From the NCBI GenBank assembly GCA_024683775.1, contig GCA_024683775.1_4106.1: 64,000 nucleotides of DNA; one strand, given 5' to 3'. Each line of letters begins with the position of its first letter. Position 1 is the first letter of the stretch. Below, piece by piece: positions 8,691 through 16,723 of this stretch. This DNA comes from a phage. The notes under the pieces were generated by a model. It was not told the DNA's origin and did no database searches. It saw nothing but the letters and a program-made list of their open reading frames with translations. Made by a program: the position numbers and the translations under genes.

Positions 8691-9047
8691 ATGGGAATAC
8701 AACATATCACGCGTACTACTGACAATGGCGAGATCACTGGTTATCAGGTACAGGGCAAAGTAGCACAATTGCAGTACTGGTTTGTTAAACGTGGAATCAT
8801 TGCACCGGATCTTGATTATGACCGTGTAGCGTTTATTGATTCTCTTTATGTTGATCCTGATAGTCGGGGCAATGGTGAAGGTAACGAATTAATGAATGCC
8901 TTTATTGATGCCGCCGATGATTCAGATTGTATCATCTTAGAATGCGATACGGGAGAAGATAACGCCTTTAATCTTAAAGAATGGTACGAAGGTTTCGGAT
9001 TCGAGGTACTGATCGATAGTGAATATCCTATCATGATTTTATCATAG
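8691..9047 (+). CDS. GNAT-family N-acetyltransferase-like protein (118 aa)
   Basis: Motif LYVDPDSRGNGEGNELMNAFI resembles the GNAT acetyl-CoA binding motif A; promoter and SD upstream. Confidence 0.6.
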   Translation: MGIQHITRTTDNGEITGYQVQGKVAQLQYWFVKRGIIAPDLDYDRVAFIDSLYVDPDSRGNGEGNELMNAFIDAADDSDCIILECDTGEDNAFNLKEWYEGFGFEVLIDSEYPIMILS

Positions 9048-9125
9048 TACTTGCATTTAGTTTTCAGTACTGTTATAGTACTTGCATCAAGGGGAAACAT
9101 CTTCCCCTACTAAGAGGAAATAAAA

Positions 9126-9314
9126 ATGGAAAACTTATCAAGTATTTTAGTACAAGATGATTTCGGTAATCCTGGAAGTGCTATCATTGTTCGGGGCAAT
9201 AAAGCAACGTTTGTTATTGCTGGTGGACCCGTACAGCGTAGCATTAAAAATAATGCTGTTACCATTAATAATGTACGCTATCGCTTAGATAAAGAATTAA
9301 TTCATAAACTGTAA
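9126..9314 (+). CDS. hypothetical protein (62 aa)
   Basis: ORF; hairpin GGGGAAACATCTTCCCC and SD AAGAGGAAA upstream; contains a Chi octamer. Confidence 0.65.
   Translation: MENLSSILVQDDFGNPGSAIIVRGNKATFVIAGGPVQRSIKNNAVTINNVRYRLDKELIHKL
9219..9226 (+). other. Chi octamer GCTGGTGG
   Basis: Exact match read in sequence. Confidence 0.8.
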
Positions 9315-9399
9315 AAAAGTACTGGACAATAGATTATAGTACTGTATAATAGTTTACATGAAGGGGAGAAATGATTCTCCCCACTAAGAGGAAAGAAAA

Positions 9400-9612
9400 A
9401 TGCAAGGTCAACTAATCGTTCGTAAATGGTCTGATACTAACGAAAAACCGTGGGATGTACAATACATCGCCCCAAATGGTGAATCCAGATATCAACCAGG
9501 TGTAACGCATAGTACTGAGCAATTCGCCGCCGCTCATCGCGAACGTCTGTTACAATCAATGCAGCACGGTTCCGGTGAAAAATTCATTCAGGATCATTGG
9601 CTGAAAGATTAA
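9400..9612 (+). CDS. hypothetical protein (70 aa)
   Basis: ORF; promoter, hairpin GGGGAGAAATGATTCTCCCC and SD upstream. Confidence 0.7.
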   Translation: MQGQLIVRKWSDTNEKPWDVQYIAPNGESRYQPGVTHSTEQFAAAHRERLLQSMQHGSGEKFIQDHWLKD

Positions 9613-9698
9613 AAAGTACTTGCACAGTACTGAATAAAGTGTATAATGTTTTATATCGGAAGGGGAATAGTTCCCCTCCTAACAAAGAGGAAAGTATA

Positions 9699-9872
9699 AT
9701 GGTCCAGGTAGAATTAACAGTACTGAAAGATCTGTTTTATCGGATTGGTACTACTGGCGAATATCCGAAGGGTGATAATGCAAAACTTTACGTATCACTC
9801 GACTTATGGCAACGCGAACAATTAGCAACGGCCTGGCGTAAAGGCAAAGCAGATAGCGAGGTGAAAGCATGA
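9699..9872 (+). CDS. hypothetical protein (57 aa)
   Basis: ORF; promoter, hairpin and SD AAGAGGAAA upstream; trimmed from track ORF 9597. Confidence 0.6.
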   Translation: MVQVELTVLKDLFYRIGTTGEYPKGDNAKLYVSLDLWQREQLATAWRKGKADSEVKA

Positions 9873-10018
9873 AAGAATTCTTATTTGAAGTAGTGTTTCA
9901 AGGTGTCGGTAATAACCAACTGATTCGATCAAGTGGTTATAATGTTAACCAGGCATGGAATAACATTAAACAAATGTACCCGAACGCTATCACATATCGC
10001 AACCCGAAAGAAGTTTAA
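9869..10018 (+). CDS. hypothetical protein (49 aa)
   Basis: ORF not in track; ATGA overlap with previous stop. Confidence 0.45.
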   Translation: MKEFLFEVVFQGVGNNQLIRSSGYNVNQAWNNIKQMYPNAITYRNPKEV

Positions 10019-10024
10019 AAATAA

Positions 10025-10112
10025 TTGAAAAAGGGATTGACTCCGGTCAGTCCCTTTGCTATTATATACGCATAGAAACAAATTAGCCCACCGGGTGCAT
10101 AAATGTATCTAT
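10025..10112. repeat. composite intergenic repeat, copy 2
   Basis: Terminator hairpin AAAGGGATTGAC-TCCG-GTCAGTCCCTTT overlapping TTGACT-17-TATTAT, then conserved box CCCACCGGGTGCATAAATGTATCT. Confidence 0.7.
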
Positions 10113-10117
10113 TGTTT

Positions 10118-10125
10118 GCTGGTGG
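10118..10125 (+). other. Chi octamer GCTGGTGG
   Basis: Exact match just downstream of repeat copy 2. Confidence 0.8.
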
Positions 10126-10166
10126 CTAGTACTATCAAGTACTGAAAACTATTTTTAAAAAAGTAC

Positions 10167-10194
10167 TTGCAAAGTATCACGATAAGCGTATAAT
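10167..10194 (+). promoter_or_regulatory. sigma70-like promoter (TTGCAA-16-TATAAT)
   Basis: Hexamers read directly; upstream promoter of a duplicated double-promoter leader. Confidence 0.6.
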
Positions 10195-10282
10195 GTTTTA
10201 CATCAGGACGGGGAACGAAATAAGTAACCCCGTTAAGTAGTCCAGGAGTAAGACATACGAAAAACTCCCCTGATAAAATAGT

Positions 10283-10310
10283 TTGACAATAGAAAGTAAA
10301 CGAGTATAAT
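10283..10310 (+). promoter_or_regulatory. sigma70-like promoter (TTGACA-16-TATAAT)
   Basis: Consensus hexamers; about 30 nt upstream of CDS 10344. Confidence 0.65.
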
Positions 10311-10343
10311 ACTTACATCAACCACTGATAAGGAAACATTAAA

Positions 10344-10619
10344 ATGCGGACTTTACTTACAGCTAACGAAATCGAGCAAGTACTGACTACTAATCTGGAA
10401 CAATGGAAACGTGAAGCAGATATCCAGGCGGTTCAATGCCTTAACGATAAGTTAACGCCAGATGACTTAAGCACGATTGTTGATCCACAATTTTATGAAG
10501 ATATTCACGACACGTCTTTAAGCGTCGAGGATGTACTTGATAAGCACTACATTGATACTGATTTACATGTTTACGGTCGTAAAAACTTTATCACTATTCA
10601 CGACATTTACAATACTTAA
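10344..10619 (+). CDS. hypothetical acidic protein (91 aa)
   Basis: ORF; double-promoter leader and SD AAGGAA upstream. Confidence 0.7.
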   Translation: MRTLLTANEIEQVLTTNLEQWKREADIQAVQCLNDKLTPDDLSTIVDPQFYEDIHDTSLSVEDVLDKHYIDTDLHVYGRKNFITIHDIYNT

Positions 10620-10707
10620 GTATTGACAAAGTATCTTAGTACTGTATAATAGTTTACATCAAGTGAGGGGAAACGGTTCCCCTCCTAACAAAGAGAGAGA
10701 AATTAAA

Positions 10708-10890
10708 ATGGCTAAGTGCACTATCTGTAAGAAAGAAATCGTATTAGTTCCAAGTGCCCGTGAACGTGCCGCTCGGTTCGGTGGCAAAGCGTCAGACTAT
10801 ACAAAAATGTTTACTGCCCATGCAGCTTGTCAAGTAGCAAAACGTTCACAAGAAAGCGTAGAATTAATGCGTAAACTTTCCAAAAAATAA
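10708..10890 (+). CDS. hypothetical protein (60 aa, CxxC plus HxxC)
   Basis: ORF; promoter, hairpin and SD upstream; trimmed from track ORF 10663. Confidence 0.65.
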   Translation: MAKCTICKKEIVLVPSARERAARFGGKASDYTKMFTAHAACQVAKRSQESVELMRKLSKK

Positions 10891-10977
10891 GTATTGACAA
10901 AGTATCTTAGTACTGTATAATAGTTTACATCAAGCGAGGGGAATGGTTCCCCTCCTAACAAAGAGAGAGAAATAAAA

Positions 10978-11301
10978 ATGGCTATGATCCTTACCCAGAA
11001 AGTAGAACTGAAAATTGTAACCTCCTTTGACATTAAAGTTAATCGGTGGACTGATAGCCACGGCAATACTTACCACTCCTGCTACGTGTCCGCATTGATT
11101 GGTGATCGCTGGGAAGACCTGGGACACGAAACCTTTACATACGGTTACGGCACACAAGGTGAGTACACGGGTTTAGAAATCATTAAGGAAACTGTAATAG
11201 GTTTCAACCCGAAAGAGAAAGTACTACACAGAATTGAGAAAGAGATCAACAAAGAAATTACAGTTCGCTACTACGATGTAAAACGTAAGAAAGACATGTA
11301 A
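10978..11301 (+). CDS. hypothetical protein (107 aa), paralog of CDS 4490
   Basis: ORF; upstream cassette almost identical to that of CDS 10708; shares motifs with CDS 4490. Confidence 0.7.
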   Translation: MAMILTQKVELKIVTSFDIKVNRWTDSHGNTYHSCYVSALIGDRWEDLGHETFTYGYGTQGEYTGLEIIKETVIGFNPKEKVLHRIEKEINKEITVRYYDVKRKKDM

Positions 11302-11400
11302 TAGAATCCATTTAAAGTACTATTTGACATTGCCCAGATAGTACTTTATAATAGACTCTAACTTGTAGTACTAATTAACTTAACTAATAGGATGTACACC

Positions 11401-11796
11401 ATGATTACTAAATTCTTCGCTACCCGTGAACAAGCTCGCATCGTTGCCCGTGAGGAAGGTGAAACATTTAAAGACATGGGTAAAGATTCTCCTACTGGTA
11501 AACGCTGGGCGGTACAGTTCAAAGAGATCTCTGATATTGTGAATTCACCTGAGCCTGTACTTACAGCAGCAGAACTAAAGCAAGCTCAAGAACTGGCTGA
11601 AGTACTGAACGCTCAAGATGACTTCTTGAAAGGTTCTGATATTGAAGTTACAGTTAACGCAAATGCATGGACTCACGCGGATCACCTGGCAAACCTTAAG
11701 CGTCCAAGTGAACTGATTCGCAACCAGAAAGAGATCCGACACGACCGTAAGGGTAATCGTGTAACAGTATACAGTAAACGCCGCCAGGTTATCTAA
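11401..11796 (+). CDS. hypothetical protein (131 aa)
   Basis: ORF; promoter TTGACA...TATAAT upstream; start chosen at second ATG after AGGA. Confidence 0.65.
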   Translation: MITKFFATREQARIVAREEGETFKDMGKDSPTGKRWAVQFKEISDIVNSPEPVLTAAELKQAQELAEVLNAQDDFLKGSDIEVTVNANAWTHADHLANLKRPSELIRNQKEIRHDRKGNRVTVYSKRRQVI

Positions 11797-11818
11797 TAAC
11801 TTGCAGTACTAACAACAC

Positions 11819-11843
11819 GGCGGGATCAGTTCCCGCCTTTTTT
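11819..11843 (+). terminator. rho-independent terminator
   Basis: Hairpin GGCGGGA-TCAG-TTCCCGCC followed by TTTTTT. Confidence 0.75.
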
Positions 11844-11857
11844 ATAGGACAAACAAA

Positions 11858-12112
11858 ATGATTAAGGTTCAACTATATAAAGATAACATCTTACGGGTAC
11901 ACTATAAAGCACCTCAGAGAATCATCACAAAGGCCGTACAGCTTGCTAATGAGTTTATTAATGGTAACCTATTACCTAGGAAGTTAAGCAACGGGAAACT
12001 GCGTGTAATCGACGTGGACACTAACAACAGGATAGTAATCGAGAACACAGGAAAGATAAACCTTTATGAGCATCAACAATACAATAAGAAAATAAAACTA
12101 ATATCACGTTGA
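11858..12112 (+). CDS. hypothetical protein (84 aa)
   Basis: ORF; SD-like sequence upstream. Confidence 0.6.
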   Translation: MIKVQLYKDNILRVHYKAPQRIITKAVQLANEFINGNLLPRKLSNGKLRVIDVDTNNRIVIENTGKINLYEHQQYNKKIKLISR

Positions 12113-12165
12113 CAGTACTCAATTGTTTTAGTACTATGTACACATACCAACACGGGAGAAACAAA

Positions 12166-12384
12166 ATGAAATTATCTAAAATCGAAAAGAAAACTATTGA
12201 TGAAGCAGTTAAGCACGGTTATACCTTTCGTAATGATTCACATTTTACCAATTTTCAACAAGGGTATCGTACTATTAAAAAACTAATTGACAAAGGTTTA
12301 TTAGTTGAAGTCAATAACGGTAACGGTATCGAGTATCAACCAACACAAGACGCATTTTATTTTAAGAAATATAATATTATCTAA
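12166..12384 (+). CDS. hypothetical protein (72 aa)
   Basis: ORF; promoter and SD GGGAGAAA upstream; trimmed from track ORF 12109. Confidence 0.65.
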   Translation: MKLSKIEKKTIDEAVKHGYTFRNDSHFTNFQQGYRTIKKLIDKGLLVEVNNGNGIEYQPTQDAFYFKKYNII

Positions 12385-12442
12385 TTGACAGTACTCAATT
12401 GTTTTAGTATTATGTACACATACCAACACGGGGGGAAACAAA

Positions 12443-12685
12443 ATGATTACTTTAGAAAAACGTATCAAAGAAACTACATCGCTGGTGGAACTGTTAACAG
12501 TACTCAAATGTAAAACAACACCATTCAGCACGCCGGACTTTATTAATATGGTTGATGTTAATGGTCGCTATCGTATCACGGTCGAACAAGGAGCGGCGAA
12601 AGTATTCAGTACTAAAAACACTAAGGAAGTGATCCACGCCGTTAATGTTAAAAAAGTAGTTGCCATTGATAGTAAAGTACTGTAA
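12443..12685 (+). CDS. hypothetical protein (80 aa)
   Basis: ORF; upstream about 60 bp is a near-identical copy of the region upstream of CDS 12166. Confidence 0.65.
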   Translation: MITLEKRIKETTSLVELLTVLKCKTTPFSTPDFINMVDVNGRYRITVEQGAAKVFSTKNTKEVIHAVNVKKVVAIDSKVL

Positions 12686-12716
12686 TATAGTTTCATTAAC
12701 TCAAGGAGAACATGCA

Positions 12717-13301
12717 ATGCGTAAATATACTAAATTCATCCGTACACTGTCAGAAATGGAAACCAACAAAGAGATCCTTTCAGCTTGTCGGTTAGCTGGC
12801 CTGGAGATCATCGGTGCTGGTTCTTCCCGTATAGTATTCGCTTTAAATGATCGGTTAGTGATTAAGGTCGCGAATTGTGATGCGGGTGTCGAACAAAATG
12901 AAACTGAATGTAAGGTATGGAATTTTTTAGACTATGACCGCCCTCAGTTGAAACAGTACTTTGCAAAGGTGCATATGCATTTATGCGATCCTGATAATAT
13001 GTTTATCGTTATGGATCGGTTGAGTACTGCAAGCAAAGGCAGTGTGAAGCACGTAAACGCGTGCAATGAATTAAAGTACAATATTAAACGTAATGCAATC
13101 GAACGCCAGCACCGCTTTGCTGATGCACTACAACACGTTGATGATACATTATCAACACTAACGATAAGAGATATCAGAAAACAGAATATCGGCCAGGATC
13201 GTAATGGACTTATTAAAGTACTTGATTACGGTTTAACCAGCAATATCTGGAATCAGTACTATAAAAAGCGTGATGTGGCAGCAAGTAAGGTAACACGATA
13301 A
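12717..13301 (+). CDS. protein-kinase-like protein (194 aa)
   Basis: Gly-rich loop IGAGSSRIVF, VIKVA lysine, catalytic-loop-like RDIRKQNIG and DFG-like VLDYG in the expected order; SD AAGGAGAA upstream; trimmed from TTG-start track ORF 12660. Confidence 0.6.
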   Translation: MRKYTKFIRTLSEMETNKEILSACRLAGLEIIGAGSSRIVFALNDRLVIKVANCDAGVEQNETECKVWNFLDYDRPQLKQYFAKVHMHLCDPDNMFIVMDRLSTASKGSVKHVNACNELKYNIKRNAIERQHRFADALQHVDDTLSTLTIRDIRKQNIGQDRNGLIKVLDYGLTSNIWNQYYKKRDVAASKVTR

Positions 13302-13309
13302 AAAAGATT

Positions 13310-13400
13310 AAAAAAGGGATTGACTCCGGTCAGTCCCTTTGCTATTATATATCCATTGAGAGATAACTCACTGACCCATAGGGTGCGGAAGTGTATCTAT
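13310..13400. repeat. composite intergenic repeat, copy 3
   Basis: Terminator hairpin overlapping TTGACT-17-TATTAT, then box CCCATAGGGTGCGGAAGTGTATCT. Confidence 0.7.
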
Positions 13401-13525
13401 TATATAAGTATTCAGTACTGAAAACTATTTGATAAAAAGTACTTGCAAACTATCTCAATGAGCGTATAATGTTTTATATCGAGAGGGGGAAATGGTTCTC
13501 CCTGGTACTAAAAGGAATCAAGACG

Positions 13526-13747
13526 ATGACTACTATGACCTGCGTTCACGCTTCAAATCTTCTGAATGATGCAGCATTTAAAGCAGGTGAAGAATATCAA
13601 TGCTATCGGGATGAAAATAAAAAAGTTTTCGTCGTTGATGCTAACGGTTTCCATATTGAATTGCAATCCGGCTTCACTGGTTTAAATGGTAAATCAGTAT
13701 GGGGCGTTAATGATGATAATGGTCTTTATCACTTTATCCGTAATTAA
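13526..13747 (+). CDS. hypothetical protein (73 aa)
   Basis: ORF; promoter, hairpin and SD AAAGGAA upstream; trimmed from track ORF 13469. Confidence 0.65.
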   Translation: MTTMTCVHASNLLNDAAFKAGEEYQCYRDENKKVFVVDANGFHIELQSGFTGLNGKSVWGVNDDNGLYHFIRN

Positions 13748-13831
13748 GTATTTGACAAAGTATATCAGTACTGTATAATAGTTTACATCAAGGGGAGAAT
13801 AGTTCTCCCCGATACTAAAAGGAATAAAATC

Positions 13832-14239
13832 ATGACTACTACCAATCAAGCTCGGAACATCACCAACGATAAAAATCATGCTGCAATGGTCGCTGGATAC
13901 ATTGAAGCTATGCAATTCAGTACTGTATACAATGAGAACGGCGATTACCTGGAAGATTATGAATTATCAGAGCAAGCCCATCAAGCGGCAGTGATTGCAT
14001 GTTCACGTTTCCTTGCTGTACATGGTGAAGATATGGAAACAGTACAAAAACACCATAATCCTGATTATACTTATAGTCATGCAGGTCATGATCTCTTTCT
14101 TACTCGCGAAGGTCACGGCACTGGTTTTTGGGATCGTGGTTTAGGTCACTATGGCGATGTATTCACGAAGTACTGCGAAGAAATCAACGTTTGCGATCCC
14201 TATGTAGGCGATGATAACTTAATCTATATGGGCGAATAA
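13832..14239 (+). CDS. hypothetical protein (135 aa)
   Basis: ORF; promoter TTGACA...TATAAT, hairpin GGGGAGAATAGTTCTCCCC, SD upstream. Confidence 0.7.
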   Translation: MTTTNQARNITNDKNHAAMVAGYIEAMQFSTVYNENGDYLEDYELSEQAHQAAVIACSRFLAVHGEDMETVQKHHNPDYTYSHAGHDLFLTREGHGTGFWDRGLGHYGDVFTKYCEEINVCDPYVGDDNLIYMGE

Positions 14240-14328
14240 AAGTATTTGACAAAGTATATCAGTACTGTATAATAGTTTACATCAAGGGGAGAATAGTTCT
14301 CCCCACACCAATAAAAGGAAACAAAATT

Positions 14329-14601
14329 ATGTCCAGCTACTCCGCTACTATGATCATTAAAGATATGAACGGTAATCCTACTTCTGCTGGTGGATCATTT
14401 GGAAATATTAACTTAGATGGGCGGTTATCCATGCAATCAGCCATCGATGCAGCGAAAGAAGTTTTTAAGAATGAATGTACTGTTAGTAAGCTGGATTATA
14501 TGGGTTTCGCTATCGAGAAAACTACTCGTTTTGTGAACTACAAAAATCCACTGATGATTGATACTAACCTGAAAGCTAACGAAGTGGGGTACTTATTATG
14601 A
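14329..14601 (+). CDS. hypothetical protein (90 aa)
   Basis: ORF; upstream cassette duplicates the one upstream of CDS 13832; contains a Chi octamer. Confidence 0.7.
   Translation: MSSYSATMIIKDMNGNPTSAGGSFGNINLDGRLSMQSAIDAAKEVFKNECTVSKLDYMGFAIEKTTRFVNYKNPLMIDTNLKANEVGYLL
14385..14392 (+). other. Chi octamer GCTGGTGG
   Basis: Exact match read in sequence. Confidence 0.8.
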
Positions 14602-14789
14602 CAGTAGAAGAAGTAAAAAAAGTACTGGCAGTACTACGATATCATAATCATTGCAAGGTGAAGAATGATCCTGATTATCTTGATTCATCCCTGGAGGAAG
14701 ACACCTTGAACGCTATAAGCCATATGCAGACATTAGCAAAGCGTATGACTGAAAAGAACATGCCGGACTATATCGGAAATAAAATTTAA
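14598..14789 (+). CDS. hypothetical protein (63 aa)
   Basis: ORF; ATGA overlap with previous stop. Confidence 0.6.
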   Translation: MTVEEVKKVLAVLRYHNHCKVKNDPDYLDSSLEEDTLNAISHMQTLAKRMTEKNMPDYIGNKI

Positions 14790-14876
14790 AAAGTACTTGC
14801 ATTGTAGTTAGATTAACGTATAATGTTTTATATCGAGAGGGGGAAATGGTTTCCCCTCAAGTCCAGGAGATACACC

Positions 14877-15140
14877 ATGAACACTATCGAAATCACTATC
14901 AATGCACACGTATACGACAACGTAGTACTGCAAACTACTATGACCGCCAATGATACCAGTACTTTGCGGAATACTGTTATTAGTGCCGTATGTGCCGCTA
15001 TCGGTGATGTCGCCCTGGAAAATGCAAAACACGTAAACGATGGTTTCACTATGTGCAAACGTGATAACGCAAAACATATCATCGTGGAAGGTTACGGCGG
15101 TGTAGAATTTAATGTTTATATGAAAAAAGTACTTGCATAA
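14877..15140 (+). CDS. hypothetical protein (87 aa)
   Basis: ORF; promoter, hairpin, SD CAGGAGA upstream; trimmed from track ORF 14823. Confidence 0.7.
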   Translation: MNTIEITINAHVYDNVVLQTTMTANDTSTLRNTVISAVCAAIGDVALENAKHVNDGFTMCKRDNAKHIIVEGYGGVEFNVYMKKVLA

Positions 15141-15207
15141 TAACTAAAACAAAGTATAATGTTTTGCATAGGGGGAGATATCCTCCCCCACTAAAAGGAG
15201 TAATAAA

Positions 15208-15432
15208 ATGGCTAACTTTGATGAACTGATGCGGGAAGTAGCTAACCTGGCAGAAGAGAAGAAATCATTCGATTCTATCTATAACACCGCTCACCGTGAT
15301 TCAGTACTGGCATGTAACCAGGATCAAAAAGATGAACTAATCGCCACCTATCATGAAGCATGGAAGTACTACCGACAATGGGAGAAAGAAGAAAGTGAGT
15401 CTACCATTGACGGCCTCAATAATCTAATCTAA
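15208..15432 (+). CDS. hypothetical protein (74 aa)
   Basis: ORF; promoter, hairpin GGGGGAGATATCCTCCCCC and SD upstream. Confidence 0.7.
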   Translation: MANFDELMREVANLAEEKKSFDSIYNTAHRDSVLACNQDQKDELIATYHEAWKYYRQWEKEESESTIDGLNNLI

Positions 15433-15508
15433 AAGTTTTATTTCAGTACTATTGACATAGCTTGATAGTACTGATGTAATAACTTTACTAACTACAAGGG
15501 GAAACATA

Positions 15509-15766
15509 ATGGATCAGTTCACACAATATCGGGTAAATCCTCAAGCTATGGCCTACGTAGAAGACCATAAAACGTTACCAGTACTGCAACCAGTTAAAGG
15601 CCATATCTATCGTGCAATGTCGTGGTGTACGGCCCAGGATGGCTATAAAACCGTAGCCGTGGGTATGTATTGCGGTGATGGTGAATGGTTTGATCCAAAT
15701 AATCCGGTATCCATTGACAGTACTGAAAAAATGAAATGGGCCGACTACATCGAAGATATTTCATAA
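15509..15766 (+). CDS. hypothetical protein (85 aa)
   Basis: ORF; type-III promoter and SD upstream. Confidence 0.65.
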   Translation: MDQFTQYRVNPQAMAYVEDHKTLPVLQPVKGHIYRAMSWCTAQDGYKTVAVGMYCGDGEWFDPNNPVSIDSTEKMKWADYIEDIS

Positions 15767-15856
15767 AAACTATTTGACAGTACTAACCAGTAATGTATAA
15801 TGTTTTACATAGAGCGGGGGAATAGTTCTCCCGCCAATAGTTTGGAGTAAAACATT

Positions 15857-16057
15857 ATGTCTATCGCTATCGCCCTGGTTGAAGTACTGAAAGAAGCTAA
15901 AGCCAACCAGATCGACGTAAAGATCCAGGAACTACAAAACGGCTTAATCGGCTGTACTTGTACCGCTGGTGGAGCGGCAGACTATCGAGAACACGAATCA
16001 CTCGAATCACTGGTTCGGTATCTTACCATGATCGTTGATGATTGGAGAATCATCTAA
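15857..16057 (+). CDS. hypothetical protein (66 aa)
   Basis: ORF; promoter, hairpin and SD upstream; contains a Chi octamer. Confidence 0.65.
   Translation: MSIAIALVEVLKEAKANQIDVKIQELQNGLIGCTCTAGGAADYREHESLESLVRYLTMIVDDWRII
15965..15972 (+). other. Chi octamer GCTGGTGG
   Basis: Exact match read in sequence. Confidence 0.8.
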
Positions 16058-16081
16058 CAAAAAAGAATAAAAAAAGGGATT

Positions 16082-16154
16082 GACTCCGGTCAGTCCTTTT
16101 GCTATTATATACGCATAGACAAAAACTAGCCCACAGGGTGCATAGGTGTATCCA
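16082..16154. repeat. composite intergenic repeat, copy 4
   Basis: Terminator hairpin overlapping TTGACT-17-TATTAT, then box CCCACAGGGTGCATAGGTGTATCC. Confidence 0.7.
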
Positions 16155-16187
16155 AAATATATAGTTAATAACGGTGAGTAACTATCT

Positions 16188-16195
16188 GCTGGTGG
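16188..16195 (+). other. Chi octamer GCTGGTGG
   Basis: Exact match just downstream of repeat copy 4. Confidence 0.8.
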
Positions 16196-16302
16196 AACTA
16201 AAACTATTAATAAAAAAGTATTGACAAAGTATATCAGTACTGCAATAATGTATCTCGTAGGGCGGCAATGGTGCGACGGCCCACAAAGTTAGGAGATTCA
16301 AA

Positions 16303-16638
16303 ATGACTACTTCAATCGCTATCGTTAAAGCTTTCATCCGTACTAATGTTTCCTCTGTATTCATCGACGGCCTCGACCGTAACGTAGAATACTCAATCAT
16401 TATCGCACAAACGGCAAACGGTTCTCGGTACATCCTGAATGATAGTGAAGCAAATCACTACTACTTCACTAAAGCCACTGGCTTTAAACGCATCGATGCT
16501 GATGTAGTATACGCTAAGATGAATAAGCTGGTAGACAAGATTAACGCGAAAGGTACTATCGATTTACAGTACTGGACCGAAACCGATCCAGAGTATGGAT
16601 CTCACCGCTACCTGAATCCAGGTATTAAAATGAAATAG
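16303..16638 (+). CDS. hypothetical protein (111 aa)
   Basis: ORF; promoter TTGACA...(C)AATAAT and SD TAGGAGA upstream. Confidence 0.7.
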   Translation: MTTSIAIVKAFIRTNVSSVFIDGLDRNVEYSIIIAQTANGSRYILNDSEANHYYFTKATGFKRIDADVVYAKMNKLVDKINAKGTIDLQYWTETDPEYGSHRYLNPGIKMK

Positions 16639-16723
16639 TACTTGCATAGTACTTAGATTCATGTATAATGTTTTACATAGAGAGGGGGAAATGGTTCTCC
16701 CTCCTAAATTAAGGAGTTTTATC

